Shown here: one piece after another, positions 42,759-53,550 of the stretch
Numbering within the stretch: the stretch's first letter is position 1
Layout of the letters: each line of letters starts with the position of its first letter
Source: an uncultured Candidatus Saccharibacteria bacterium
Lineage (GTDB): Bacteria > Patescibacteriota > Saccharimonadia > Saccharimonadales > CAZARM01
Assembly: GCA_964487615.1 (NCBI GenBank)
Contig: CAZARM010000003.1
Span: forward strand, 2,339 to 66,338
Length of the DNA: 64,000 nucleotides
Direction: 5' to 3'
Translations under genes and position numbers: made by a program
Notes under the pieces: model-generated
Told to the model about the DNA's origin: nothing
Seen by the model: the letters and a program-made list of their open reading frames with translations, nothing else
Database searches by the model: none

Positions 42759-43895
42759 ATGCCAAAGAAAGCTACACCAGTCGCTGCTGACGACCATGCC
42801 GTGGACCCAGTACTGGATGCTGTCCGTCACGACCTGGCGGAAAAGGCTAAAAAAGACGGCAAGATTGACCAGCGTGATATTTTGACCGCCATTCCAGACA
42901 TCCCAGACAATGCCGACATCCTAGATGCCCTCTACACCGAACTAGCTGACGCCGGGATTGAAATCACCGCGCCTGGCGATCCAGCTACGCCGGTAGTCGA
43001 CGCCTGGGCTACTGAGGATGAAGAAGAGGAAGTGGTTGTCACGGAAAACGTCTACTTAGACGATATCGCCGATGACTCTGTCCGTTTGTACCTGCGCGAA
43101 ATAGGTAAAATTCCGCTGCTAAATGCCGAAGAAGAACTAGCCCTGGCTCAGAAAGTTGTGGCTGGAGACAAGGGGGCCAAAGACAAGATGGCCGAAGCCA
43201 ACATGCGTTTGGTGGTATCAATTGCTAAACGCTACGTCGGACGCGGTCTGGACCTACTTGACCTTATACAGGAAGGCAACACCGGCTTGCTTAGGGCAGT
43301 AGAGAAGTTTGACCCGGACAAGGGATTTAAATTCTCGACCTATGCCACCTGGTGGATTCGCCAAGCCATCACTCGGGCTATTGCCGACCAAGCTCGGACC
43401 ATTCGTATTCCGGTACACATGGTAGAAACCATCAACAAACTACTGCGCACTCAGCGCCGTTTGACACAGGAGCTAAACCGCGAGCCAACTAACGAAGAAA
43501 TCGCCCAAGCTATGGAAATTGACGTCGACAAAGTCGAACACATCATGAAGATCAAACAAGACATTAGCTCACTGGACGCCAGCGTGCGTGATGATGAAGA
43601 GGACAGTGTTCTAGGTGACTTCATCGAAGACGAAGACACCATTTCCCCAGAAGAATCAGCCACTAACCAGCTGCTCAAAGAACACGTCAAAGAAATGTTA
43701 TCCAGCCTTACCGAGCGTGAACAAAAGATTTTGAAGCTGCGCTTTGGCCTAGAAGACGGCAAAAGCCACACGCTCGAGGAAGTTGGCCAAGAATTCTCTG
43801 TCACCCGCGAACGCATCCGTCAAATCGAAGCCAAAGCCCTAGCCAAGTTACGAAAACACAAGGACAGTAAAAAGCTGCATGACTACATCAAGTAA
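42759..43895 (+). CDS. rpoD: RNA polymerase sigma factor RpoD (primary sigma-70)
   Basis: [54 protein letters not shown], and region 4.2 [20 protein letters not shown]. Confidence 0.93.
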   Translation: MPKKATPVAADDHAVDPVLDAVRHDLAEKAKKDGKIDQRDILTAIPDIPDNADILDALYTELADAGIEITAPGDPATPVVDAWATEDEEEEVVVTENVYLDDIADDSVRLYLREIGKIPLLNAEEELALAQKVVAGDKGAKDKMAEANMRLVVSIAKRYVGRGLDLLDLIQEGNTGLLRAVEKFDPDKGFKFSTYATWWIRQAITRAIADQARTIRIPVHMVETINKLLRTQRRLTQELNREPTNEEIAQAMEIDVDKVEHIMKIKQDISSLDASVRDDEEDSVLGDFIEDEDTISPEESATNQLLKEHVKEMLSSLTEREQKILKLRFGLEDGKSHTLEEVGQEFSVTRERIRQIEAKALAKLRKHKDSKKLHDYIK

Positions 43896-44490
43896 GATTG
43901 TCGGGATTGGCGGGTTACCGCGGAGTGGTAAAGATAGTCTAGCTGAGCTATTCATTAGCGATGGCTTCTATGGCTTTTCTTTTGGTGATTTTGTACGAGA
44001 TTACACTCGCAAGCGGCATGCAGATAAACCCGACCCAATTTCTGTGGCAAACATGACCGAGACTTCAAACTGGTTGCGGGATACGCATGGGCCAGACGTG
44101 GTTCTAAAAGCAGCATTAGAGGAATTTGGAGAGAAGCAGTCGGCTGGTGAAAGTTACAAGGGTCTAGTTCTGTTTAGTGTTCGAGCCCCTGTGGAAGTTG
44201 ACTTTATTTTGGAGCATGGTGGTGACTTGATTTGGGTGGAAGCCAGTGACGAAGTCCGTTTTGAGCGTGGTATGAAAAACTTGCGCGAAGGAGAGGCTCG
44301 GATCAGCCCGCAGGAATTTAAACGCCAAGAAGCCCTGCAGTGGCAACCGCAACCAGGCATACCAGTGGAGGCACAAATGAACACCGAGTACGTCAAACAG
44401 AAAGCAACAATCACGTTTGAAAACAACATTGATGACCTTGAGGACTTTAAACTGCGTGCCCATCAACTGGTGGCACAGCTCAGTCAGTAG
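43879..44490 (+). CDS. P-loop nucleotide kinase-like protein (dNMP-kinase-like)
   Basis: Walker A-like [15 protein letters not shown]. 203 aa. Overlaps the rpoD end by 17 nt. Confidence 0.5.
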   Translation: MTTSSKIVGIGGLPRSGKDSLAELFISDGFYGFSFGDFVRDYTRKRHADKPDPISVANMTETSNWLRDTHGPDVVLKAALEEFGEKQSAGESYKGLVLFSVRAPVEVDFILEHGGDLIWVEASDEVRFERGMKNLREGEARISPQEFKRQEALQWQPQPGIPVEAQMNTEYVKQKATITFENNIDDLEDFKLRAHQLVAQLSQ

Positions 44491-44505
44491 CGTATACTTT
44501 AGAAC

Positions 44506-45612
44506 ATGAAGAGTGTGGTGAGTCAGACGGATATTCAGGTCTTTCAGAAGAAACTAACTGCTTATAAAACCGCCATTGATGAGGATATAGAAGCCTATAC
44601 CAAACACGTGCAGAAAACCACTCTGCAACAGTACGGCAAGAACGCTCGGATGGAGGTCGATACCTTTTTGAGCATTCTGGAGCGGGGCGGCAAACGCATC
44701 CGCGGCAGCCTGGTGATGCTGGGTTATGAAATGTCCGGTGGTACCAACCAGCAGATGATTCTCCAGGTGGCTCGGGCGATTGAAATGATGCACGCCTACA
44801 TTCTGATCATAGATGACATCCAAGACCGGTCAATCATTCGTCGTGGCGGCCCAGCGGCCCACATTATGCTGGCTGACCACCATGAAAAGCACGAACTAGC
44901 CGGGGATTCTGATCACTTTGGGGTGGCAATTGCTCTGAACGCTGCATTAGCCGGGGCCCACGTCGCTCAAATGATTATTGCTAACCTGGATGCTCCTGAG
45001 GAAGACCGGCTCAAGGTGCTGAGTATCCTAAACCGTACCATGATGGTCACCGCCCATGGCCAAACCAACGACATAATGAATGAAGTAGTGGCTGAGGTTT
45101 CGCTTGAAGACGTCGAGCGGGTCATGGAGTGGAAAACCGCACACTATACGTTTTTGAACCCATTGCACGCTGGTATGGTGTTGGCCGGCGCCGATTGCCA
45201 CTCTACCGATGCCATTACCGACTACGCCATGCACGCTGGCAAAGTCTATCAAATCACCGACGATATCTTGGGAACTTTCGGTAGCGAGTTTGAAAGTGGT
45301 AAATCGCCAATGGATGACACGAGGGAAGGAAAGCGTACGTTGCTGACATTTTATGCCCTAACGCACGTTGAATCTGCGGACAAAAACTTCCTAATCCACA
45401 TGCTGGGCAATGCTAACCTTACCCCTGCAGAGTTCCACCGCTGCCGCGACATTATCGTAGAGTCTGGTGCTTTAGAGTACGCTCAAGCTGAAGCCGCTAC
45501 TCACATGGAGCAGGCCATCGCTGCTTTGAAACGCGAGAAAAGCCGCTGGAACCAGGCAGGCGTTCAGTTCCTGAGCGGATTAACGCAGTATTTATTAACC
45601 AGAACCGCTTAA
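44506..45612 (+). CDS. polyprenyl diphosphate synthase (trans-isoprenyl diphosphate synthase family)
   Basis: First Asp-rich motif LIIDDIQDRS and second motif QITDDILG. Confidence 0.8.
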   Translation: MKSVVSQTDIQVFQKKLTAYKTAIDEDIEAYTKHVQKTTLQQYGKNARMEVDTFLSILERGGKRIRGSLVMLGYEMSGGTNQQMILQVARAIEMMHAYILIIDDIQDRSIIRRGGPAAHIMLADHHEKHELAGDSDHFGVAIALNAALAGAHVAQMIIANLDAPEEDRLKVLSILNRTMMVTAHGQTNDIMNEVVAEVSLEDVERVMEWKTAHYTFLNPLHAGMVLAGADCHSTDAITDYAMHAGKVYQITDDILGTFGSEFESGKSPMDDTREGKRTLLTFYALTHVESADKNFLIHMLGNANLTPAEFHRCRDIIVESGALEYAQAEAATHMEQAIAALKREKSRWNQAGVQFLSGLTQYLLTRTA

Positions 45613-45619
45613 CTCAACG

Positions 45620-46534
45620 ATGTCTAAACCAATCGAACAACAAATATTTAAAGAGGGCAGCACTACCTACTACTTAAGTGCTCGGTTTTTCCCTAAAAAT
45701 ATTCGGCGCGATATTTCCCGGTTGTATAGTTTCTTGCGTTTGAATGATGACCTGGTGGACCAAGAGGTTCCTCAAACCGACAAGGTCGCTGAGGTGGAAA
45801 AACAGTTCAAAGACGCTATGAAACAACAGCACTTTGATGTTACGACGCACGCCTGGGATGAAATGCCTACTAGGGTTGCCAAAAACATGGTGCGCCTAAC
45901 GCAGAAATACAAGTTTGACCAGGCTTGGGTAGAGGATTTTCTGACCACCATGAAGCGGGACAAACAAGGTTTATCCTTTCACAAATTAGAGGACACGCTG
46001 GGGTATGTGTATGGATCTGCCGAAGTAGTTGGGCTGATGATGGCCAAGATCATGAAGTTGCCAGTGGGGTCTTTTGAAGCTGCCAAGTTGCAGGGCAGAG
46101 CCATGCAGTGGATAAATTTCTTGCGCGATATTCGTGAAGACAACGGACTAAAGCGCCGCTATTTTCCGGACGAGGACCTAGAAAAAGTAGGGCTCAAAGA
46201 CCTGGATGAGCAAACCGCTCGAGACAACCCGGAGGCTTTCAAAAAATTTGTTGCGCTGCAGCTAAAGCGCTACCGCAGCTGGCAGGCTGAAGCGGAGGCG
46301 GCTTTCACTGACATTCCCAAGCGTCTGCGTATACCATTGCAAACTGCCGTCGACATGTACAACTGGACCGCCAATCAGATAGAGAAGGATCCATTCGTAG
46401 TTTTCGATCACAAAGTGAAGCCTAAAAAACACCAAGTATTGTCGCGTGCCCTTGGCAAATCCGCCGTCCTGGCCGCCCAAGGAGCCAGATCAAAAATACA
46501 CCACCTCCGGCAAATGCTTCGTAAAACAAAATAG
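45620..46534 (+). CDS. squalene/phytoene synthase family protein
   Basis: YSFLRLNDDLVD and WINFLRDIREDNGLKRRYFP Asp-rich motifs. Confidence 0.75.
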   Translation: MSKPIEQQIFKEGSTTYYLSARFFPKNIRRDISRLYSFLRLNDDLVDQEVPQTDKVAEVEKQFKDAMKQQHFDVTTHAWDEMPTRVAKNMVRLTQKYKFDQAWVEDFLTTMKRDKQGLSFHKLEDTLGYVYGSAEVVGLMMAKIMKLPVGSFEAAKLQGRAMQWINFLRDIREDNGLKRRYFPDEDLEKVGLKDLDEQTARDNPEAFKKFVALQLKRYRSWQAEAEAAFTDIPKRLRIPLQTAVDMYNWTANQIEKDPFVVFDHKVKPKKHQVLSRALGKSAVLAAQGARSKIHHLRQMLRKTK

Positions 46535-46536
46535 AA

Positions 46537-47328
46537 TTATTTTCGCCGAGGCAAGCCCGTGGAGTAGGGCGCAGCTTTCAATAGGGTGTTCAACAACTGC
46601 CACAACTGCATAAAGGCATCGGCGATTAATGGATTAGTAATGGTAACGGCATGGGGTTCACTACCGAATAATATAATAAGCAAGCTGGACCCGCTTACGC
46701 TCCATTCAACAGGTGCGTCATAATCTTCGTGTCTAACCCAAGTTCGCACAAGTTTACTTCTAGAATCGCCATCACTAGTGGTTACTCCAGAAGTCAAGTC
46801 TGGCGTGATACCGAAACGACTTACGCCATGTCGTGCCGGGGCAACGCGCAATTCATGCATAACATCGAATCCCATAACAGGTATATCTGAACGTGAACGA
46901 ATAAAGTAGAGCGGCTGCAATTGTTGAATTTGAGCCCGGTAGGCGGCAGCAACCGCCTCTCGGCCAGTAACAACTGTCACGTCTGGCTGCTCGCTATGAG
47001 TATGGTACTGAGCGAGCAGACCACTGAGTACCTTTTTGACCGCATCTTCACGTACGCTTGCCATATTGCGTTGCTCGGCCACTAAATTAGATAAGGCCAT
47101 CGGGTTATTGGGCGCGTAGTAGGATTTTTTACTTACTTCTTCACGTTTGGCTAATCCAAGCTCTACAAGACGATCTAGTAATTTATAGGCATTAGTACGA
47201 GTTGTATCTAGCTTCTTGGCAGCAAGCGGGGGAGTAATCCTGCCATGCTCTAAAAGAAGCAAATAAGCATGTGCTTGCAGAGCACTTAAACCAGTAGCGA
47301 TTAGTTGTTGAGATAGATCCATGTACAC
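46537..47328 (-). CDS. TrmB-like winged-helix transcriptional regulator
   Basis: N-terminal LSALQAHAYLLLLEHGRITPPLAAKKLDTTRTNAYKLLDRLVELGLAKRE. Confidence 0.6.
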   Translation of the reverse strand: MYMDLSQQLIATGLSALQAHAYLLLLEHGRITPPLAAKKLDTTRTNAYKLLDRLVELGLAKREEVSKKSYYAPNNPMALSNLVAEQRNMASVREDAVKKVLSGLLAQYHTHSEQPDVTVVTGREAVAAAYRAQIQQLQPLYFIRSRSDIPVMGFDVMHELRVAPARHGVSRFGITPDLTSGVTTSDGDSRSKLVRTWVRHEDYDAPVEWSVSGSSLLIILFGSEPHAVTITNPLIADAFMQLWQLLNTLLKAAPYSTGLPRRK

Positions 47329-47475
47329 ATTGTAGCAGAAAAAAGTTAGTTTGTGAAATAGATATTCACATAATATGTATAATATAATAAGAGTAAAAGG
47401 CTACTTCGTGAAAAAAGTATTGACAATAACGTACATTTAGTAGTACGATAGTTATCTAGATAAATGGAGCTGAGA

Positions 47476-48483
47476 ATGACAGAACATGATGACAAAGCTA
47501 TGGATTTGCTTCAACAGCAGTTAGCCATACTTGATTTAGCCCTACGCCCCAATGGCACTTTGGGCGAGATTGCCCTTGGTGTAGTTACTAACGGGCATGA
47601 ACTCGAACCACATGAGGCAGCGGACGTATTATTGCCACCTAGGCAAACTGATTCTGTGTATCAAGCTCGATGGCAGCTAATAGAAGGTGCCCCAGAAGCA
47701 ATCAAAGCGGCTACCAGTGATCGAGCTAAGAAAGTTTTTGAGCTGGCGGCGCAAATTGGCATGCGCAAAAGTGAAACGCTACCTCAAACCGAACTCGGCC
47801 GAATCGATTCAGAAAAAGCTATTTGGTTAGTGGAAGGTGGAGCCAACCGCACCTCAGTTGTTCGTAGAGAATTAATACTTCAAGCTATGTATTCTTTGTA
47901 TGGCGACAAGATCGAAGACAAAGTTGTGTATCAGTTTGGGTCAAGCCGTCCTATCTCGCGTGAAGTAACACGCGACGGGCAAGTTATACCCAACGCTGAA
48001 TATGGAGTTGCCCAAGAAATAGGCGGAGATTATTTGCCAAAGGACGACAGCCTTACAGAATTTAAACTAAATCTTGCGGCTGCCCAACAGGCGGGCTATG
48101 TAGTGGCTGAAACGGAAGATGAAACTCCTGTTGGTGTTGAACAGGTTGTAGTACTTCACAAGGACGGGAGGCCCACGATTAAATTAGTGCAACCCGAGAA
48201 AGACCAGGGTGGCCTAGTAGATGGCTTTACCGCAGCCTCTAAGCTGGAAGGTGACGTTGAAGGTAGACAGTTTGTGATAGGGACCAATGGCCAATATCGC
48301 CCAAAGGACGAACTTCAGGCGCAACTATGGGCCACCAGAAATCAGGAAATGCTACCGGCAGTAGCTATCGGTGATGAACCCGGCTTCATGGTTGAGCACA
48401 ATGGACGTCAGATTCAAACAGCAGAACGTGCGCCCACGGCATATATAAACGAAATGGTCATACTTCATAGGTTAAATAAGTAG
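47476..48483 (+). CDS. hypothetical protein
   Basis: The track ORF starts at 47464. ATG 47476 has GGAG 7 nt upstream. No motif recognised. Confidence 0.5.
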   Translation: MTEHDDKAMDLLQQQLAILDLALRPNGTLGEIALGVVTNGHELEPHEAADVLLPPRQTDSVYQARWQLIEGAPEAIKAATSDRAKKVFELAAQIGMRKSETLPQTELGRIDSEKAIWLVEGGANRTSVVRRELILQAMYSLYGDKIEDKVVYQFGSSRPISREVTRDGQVIPNAEYGVAQEIGGDYLPKDDSLTEFKLNLAAAQQAGYVVAETEDETPVGVEQVVVLHKDGRPTIKLVQPEKDQGGLVDGFTAASKLEGDVEGRQFVIGTNGQYRPKDELQAQLWATRNQEMLPAVAIGDEPGFMVEHNGRQIQTAERAPTAYINEMVILHRLNK

Positions 48484-48498
48484 GCTAAACTTTAAACC

Positions 48499-49347
48499 AT
48501 GATGGCGGCGCTTTACTCAAAGTCCAAAAATGCTGGTAGGCTCTACTCGTCCGAAGAACCTGAAGGGTCGGTTCGCTATTTTGAGCACGATTTTGGAGAA
48601 TATAAGCTAGAAGCTCGGATTTTGTTCAATTTGCAGAACGATTGGCCGCACGTGTTATCAGTCCACGGAGCCAGGTCCGATTACACTAAAGCCGATGCCC
48701 TAACGCTAGGACTGCGACGTGCTGGCGTGTCAATCCTGGGACCCGTCATGTCTGGTCATAGCGAAGCCTCACCTCTACCCAATGAAGCCACAAGCCTGCA
48801 GAATAACATCGACGAGATCGACACTTTTTTTAAGTATCTGGACCCGAATAAGCCCAAGGTCGTAATTGCCTATAGTCTGGGCGGTACGCCGGCGCTTAAG
48901 CTGCTAGAAAGACACAGCGCCAGCATAAGCACACTCATATTATTTTATCCTGGTGTGTATTCTCACTATTCTTACAACCAACCCTATGGGGAACCGTTCA
49001 AGTCAGCCATATCCAAGCCTTTCAGCTACCGCGATAATGACACCATGCAGTTGCTGAAGAAATTTAAGAGCAAGGTACTACTAATAAAAGGCGAGTATGA
49101 CGGCCTAGATCCAGTTGAGTATGGCAAACCCGCTGGTACGTCAGCTGGTAAAGTGGAGATTAACGGTAACGAGTACTACAGCCCCATCCCAAAAGAAGTA
49201 ATAGATATGATCCTGGAGAATGTATCGCCCCAAAATCTTGAGTTCCTGGAACTAGAGAGCGTTGATCATTCGGTCATTCCATGGATGCGCGAACACCCAG
49301 ACAAGGCTCAAATCATCATTAACAAAGTAGTAGCTTACTGCAATTAG
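48499..49347 (+). CDS. alpha/beta-fold hydrolase
   Basis: Nucleophile elbow AYSLGG, later Asp (EYDGLD) and His (VDHSV) candidates. Confidence 0.65.
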   Translation: MMAALYSKSKNAGRLYSSEEPEGSVRYFEHDFGEYKLEARILFNLQNDWPHVLSVHGARSDYTKADALTLGLRRAGVSILGPVMSGHSEASPLPNEATSLQNNIDEIDTFFKYLDPNKPKVVIAYSLGGTPALKLLERHSASISTLILFYPGVYSHYSYNQPYGEPFKSAISKPFSYRDNDTMQLLKKFKSKVLLIKGEYDGLDPVEYGKPAGTSAGKVEINGNEYYSPIPKEVIDMILENVSPQNLEFLELESVDHSVIPWMREHPDKAQIIINKVVAYCN

Positions 49348-50870
49348 TGGCCAATAACAGAATCCTTATGCTTGCGACAGGGGTGGACATCGGGCATACT
49401 TGGCACATGTCATTGGCGGAGCATGAATCAGACTATGAGACTGAAGAACTTGAATATTTAGCTCTTTCAGAAATGGAAAGAGAATTTAGTGATGACGATT
49501 TTTCTGAGGAAGCAGAAAATGCGCTTGCTGAAGCTAGTCTCGGCTCGGCATCTACTACTTCGGTACAAGAATGGGCAACATTTGGCTTAGCGCCCGCAAA
49601 TTCTGGATACAGGCTAGGGGCATACAGTGAAAACACCACCGAGCAATATCTCAACTACATTGGGTCACACCGGATTCTGACAAAAGACGATGAGACTAGA
49701 CTAGCTCAGTCAATTTTACGCGGTAAAGAGGCCGAAGCAAAACTAGTAGTCAATGGGCTAATAAGAGCATTTGGGCACCCTGGGCTGTCGTATGAAGAAG
49801 CAAACTATGAGCGTAGGACAATTGTTCAAGCCATTGAAGACAGACATGAGTTTGTGGTCAGTAACTTAAAATTAGTAGTCTCGGTGGCCAAAAAATACAT
49901 TATGATTTCAAAATTCCCGCTGCTTGATCTGATACAAGAAGGTAATTTAGGTCTGGACCATGCCATAGATAAATTTGATGAGCGCAAAGGATTCAAGTTC
50001 TCCACATATGCTACATGGTGGATACGTCAGTCTATTGGTCGAGCAGTTAATACCAAAGACAACATCATCATGTTGCCCGACCATATGGCGTCAAAGCTAA
50101 CGAAACTAGGTACAGTAGAGCGTATATCTGATGGCAAATGGGACGAGGCGACTATTGCTGATTTCTTGAATATAACACTTGAGCAACTTGAAGACTTACG
50201 ACTGTACAGGTCTATTTTTACTCAGTCACTCGAGGAAGCGATGGGAAAAGAAGATGACCGCGAGCTAGTTGACGCTCTACCCGATGAGACATCTGAATAT
50301 CCATTTGATGATTTTGTGGATAGGGAAGCAAGTAAGCAAAGACTTGAAGCAATCCTGGACGGACTGGATGACGAACTGCACAAGCAAGTTCTTACGCTGC
50401 ATTTCGGGCTGGACGGCAATTCGCCACTAACATTAGGCCAGATTGCAACAGAGTTGGGTATCTCAGATTCCCTGGTAAGGAGAATCAGTGATCGGGCAAC
50501 ACTCAGGCTAAGGCGTCGAGAATCCTTGGAAATTTTAACGAATCACTGTTGTCTAGATCGTGCCAAGGAAAAGCTCCTAGTGGATTATTTTGGCGAAGGT
50601 CGGAGTCCTGGACGTAACAAAGCAGATTTGGTTGAGCTAGATGAATTATGCGAAGCTTTAAAAAAACGTGTAGGAAGATCACGCGTAAGGGCAGTCATAA
50701 ATGAAGTAGCCGGAGAAGACAAATCTATCAAGCAGGGTTTGCTCAATCGTTTCCGGTTCGAGAAACAGTTTACCGGATTTGAAGCAATGGCTAGGAAGCA
50801 GGGAATAAGCAAGGCCATGCTAATACCCAGGGAAACCGAAGTACTCAAGCGTTTAGCCGAAGAGTTATAG
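49347..50870 (+). CDS. sigma-70 family factor with acidic N-terminal region and C-terminal extension of about 110 aa
   Basis: Region 2 is [41 protein letters not shown]. Region 4 is LTLGQIATELGISDSLVRRISDRATLRLRR. An extra C-terminal HTH-like segment reads ARKQGISKAMLIPRETEVLKRL. The start (GTG 49347) is uncertain. Confidence 0.7.
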   Translation: MANNRILMLATGVDIGHTWHMSLAEHESDYETEELEYLALSEMEREFSDDDFSEEAENALAEASLGSASTTSVQEWATFGLAPANSGYRLGAYSENTTEQYLNYIGSHRILTKDDETRLAQSILRGKEAEAKLVVNGLIRAFGHPGLSYEEANYERRTIVQAIEDRHEFVVSNLKLVVSVAKKYIMISKFPLLDLIQEGNLGLDHAIDKFDERKGFKFSTYATWWIRQSIGRAVNTKDNIIMLPDHMASKLTKLGTVERISDGKWDEATIADFLNITLEQLEDLRLYRSIFTQSLEEAMGKEDDRELVDALPDETSEYPFDDFVDREASKQRLEAILDGLDDELHKQVLTLHFGLDGNSPLTLGQIATELGISDSLVRRISDRATLRLRRRESLEILTNHCCLDRAKEKLLVDYFGEGRSPGRNKADLVELDELCEALKKRVGRSRVRAVINEVAGEDKSIKQGLLNRFRFEKQFTGFEAMARKQGISKAMLIPRETEVLKRLAEEL

Positions 50871-50913
50871 GAACTACTTAATAACAGATAACTAACAGAG
50901 TATACTGTTTAAC

Positions 50914-53550
50914 ATGAGTGAGGCCTCCACACCCAAGAAACTGGCGATTATTGATGGCAAATCGGTGTTTTACCGCGGCTACTATGCCATGCCGAACTTG
51001 AGCACCAAGGAAGGCACGCCAACGGGTGGGGTATACGGTTTTGCCACCATGGCACTAGAAGTACTCAAACGCCTGAAGCCAGATTACGTCTGTGTAGCCT
51101 GGGATAAACCCAAAACCAACATCCGTAAACGCATAGAAATGTATCCTGAGTACAAAGCTGGACGCAAGCCCGCACCGCCGGATTTCTATGAACAAATTCC
51201 ATTGCTTCACGAGCTGCTGCAAGCCTTTGGCTGGCCGTTGTATGAGCTTGATGATTATGAAGCCGACGACATTATGGGAACGCTGGCGTTGCAGGCGACC
51301 GCCAAAGGCATTGAGACCCAGCTGATTACGTCTGACCTGGACATGTTGCAACTAGTGCATCCGCTGGTGCACGTGTATGCCCTCAAAAAAGGTTTGAGCA
51401 ACATTGAGCTCTTCCGCCCGGAAACATTTATTCTGAAATATGGCATTACGCCAGAACAATTCCTGGACCTCAAAGCTCTAAAGGGCGACAGCTCCGATAA
51501 CATTCCTGGTGTACCTGGCATTGGTGAAAAGGGCGCCATTGAATTACTCAAGCAGTTCAAAACCTTAGACGGGGTATACGACAATCTAGAACTGGTTAAG
51601 GATTCCTTGCGCAAGAAACTGGAAGCTGGCAAAGATTCAGCAATTTTGAGCAAAAAAATTGCCGCCATTTGGACCGATGCGCCACTTAAACTGGACTTAA
51701 AAGAAGTAGATGGCAGCAAGTGCGACCCGATTGCCGTGCGCGACGTGCTGCAGCGTTTAGAATTTAGAACCCTAGTCCGTCAACTGCCAGAAATAATGAA
51801 AGTGCCAGAAGACCATAGCCCAAGCGGCGGTAGTTCGGAAGTAAAAGTTGGCAAAGTCACAGTGATCGATAAGGATGAAGCGCTAATTGGTCTAAAGCTG
51901 CCTTCGGCTAAGCGGGTACTAATACATAGTCGCTGCGCTGGTAAGCATGGTCGTGATCCCAAGCTGCTGATCGTCAGCATAAACGGCAAAGAAACATACG
52001 TCCTAGACATTTCTAAATTGTCCAAAAAAGTACTCCGCACCGAACTGTCACTAAAAGGCGTGGTTGGCTATGACGTCAAATCAACTCTCAAAGCGTTGAT
52101 AGACCTGGGCGTGGAAATGCCACCCGTTGACCATGACGTACTAGTCGGGGCTTTTATGCTCAATGCGCTCCGGCGTGAGCAAACATTAACTGAGCTGGCC
52201 CAAGCTGACCTAGGTTACGCGGCCAATCTGGAAGATTTACCAACTGACGAACTCAAGGAGCGAGCAGCTGAAGTGGTGGCGGTTATCAACGCGCTGTACC
52301 TGGATCAAGCCAAAGCTCTTAGCGCTATACCTAAGCTGCCAGAATTAGCCAAAGACATTGAGTGGCCGGTTATCCCTGTTCTTGCTGCTATGGAATACGA
52401 AGGCATTGAACTTGATACGGGCTACCTAGAGCGCATGTCAGTCGAGCTAGAAGACCAGATTAGCGATGTTGAACAGGAAATCTACGGACATGCTGGCAAG
52501 GAGTTCAACATTAGCTCGCCCATACAGCTGGCCGATATTTTGTTCAACGAAATGAAACTGCCAACATTGGGGATCAAAAAAGGCAAGACTGGCTACTCGA
52601 CGGCCGCCAGCGAGCTGGACAAACTACGTGGTGTGCACAAGGTAATTGATCTAATCACCAAATACCGTGAATATACCAAGCTCAAAAGCACCTACGTCGA
52701 CGCTCTACCCAAGTTGGTGGACAAAGACTCTCGACTACATACCACTTATGCGCTGACAGTTGCCCAAACGGGGCGATTGAGTTCTAATGATCCAAATTTA
52801 CAGAATATTCCGGTGCGTACCGACCTAGGCAAACGGATCCGGACAGCCTTTGTGGCGGCTCCTGGCAACGCGCTGGTGAGTGCCGACTATTCGCAGTTCG
52901 AGCTGCGTCTAGCGGCATATCTAGCAGATGACAAGGAGTTAATTGAGACGTTCAATAACGGCGCTGACATCCATACCATGACCGCCGCCCAAGTCTATGG
53001 CCGTCAACCGGACGAAGTTACCAAACAGATGCGCCGCGATGCCAAGGTCATCAACTTTGGTGTGCTTTACGGCATGAGCCCGCATGGTTTGAGCGTAGCT
53101 ACGGGCATGACCATGGCGGCGGCCAAAACATTTATTGATAAATATTTTGAACTGCGCAAACCAATCTTGGATTATATGAATAGCTTGAAGGACAAAGCTC
53201 GCAAGGATGGCTATGTAGAGACCTTATTTGGTCGGCGGCGGCCAATGCCGGACATTCATTCCAGTAATTTTGTTGTTCGCCAAGCTGCTGAACGGGCGGC
53301 CATCAACATGCCCATCCAAGGAACTGAAGCCGACCTGATGAAAATGGCCATGATAGACGTGCAAAAGAAGTTGGAAGGCACCGAATGCAAGCAACTACTA
53401 CAAATTCATGACTCACTAATAGTCGAATGCCCCAAGGCGGAAGGTGAACGAGTAGCAGAATTGCTCAAAGCAACCATGGAGAGCGTCTACAAGCTGCCCG
53501 TAGACCTAACAGTAGACACATCCATTGGCAAAAACTGGGGCGAACTATGA
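50914..53550 (+). CDS. polA: DNA polymerase I
   Basis: 878 aa. It has a 5'-nuclease domain (LAIIDGKSVFYRGYYA, GDSSDNIPGVPGIGEKGA) and pol motifs DYSQFELRLAA, RRDAKVINFGVLYGMS and QIHDSLIVE. Confidence 0.95.
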   Translation: MSEASTPKKLAIIDGKSVFYRGYYAMPNLSTKEGTPTGGVYGFATMALEVLKRLKPDYVCVAWDKPKTNIRKRIEMYPEYKAGRKPAPPDFYEQIPLLHELLQAFGWPLYELDDYEADDIMGTLALQATAKGIETQLITSDLDMLQLVHPLVHVYALKKGLSNIELFRPETFILKYGITPEQFLDLKALKGDSSDNIPGVPGIGEKGAIELLKQFKTLDGVYDNLELVKDSLRKKLEAGKDSAILSKKIAAIWTDAPLKLDLKEVDGSKCDPIAVRDVLQRLEFRTLVRQLPEIMKVPEDHSPSGGSSEVKVGKVTVIDKDEALIGLKLPSAKRVLIHSRCAGKHGRDPKLLIVSINGKETYVLDISKLSKKVLRTELSLKGVVGYDVKSTLKALIDLGVEMPPVDHDVLVGAFMLNALRREQTLTELAQADLGYAANLEDLPTDELKERAAEVVAVINALYLDQAKALSAIPKLPELAKDIEWPVIPVLAAMEYEGIELDTGYLERMSVELEDQISDVEQEIYGHAGKEFNISSPIQLADILFNEMKLPTLGIKKGKTGYSTAASELDKLRGVHKVIDLITKYREYTKLKSTYVDALPKLVDKDSRLHTTYALTVAQTGRLSSNDPNLQNIPVRTDLGKRIRTAFVAAPGNALVSADYSQFELRLAAYLADDKELIETFNNGADIHTMTAAQVYGRQPDEVTKQMRRDAKVINFGVLYGMSPHGLSVATGMTMAAAKTFIDKYFELRKPILDYMNSLKDKARKDGYVETLFGRRRPMPDIHSSNFVVRQAAERAAINMPIQGTEADLMKMAMIDVQKKLEGTECKQLLQIHDSLIVECPKAEGERVAELLKATMESVYKLPVDLTVDTSIGKNWGEL

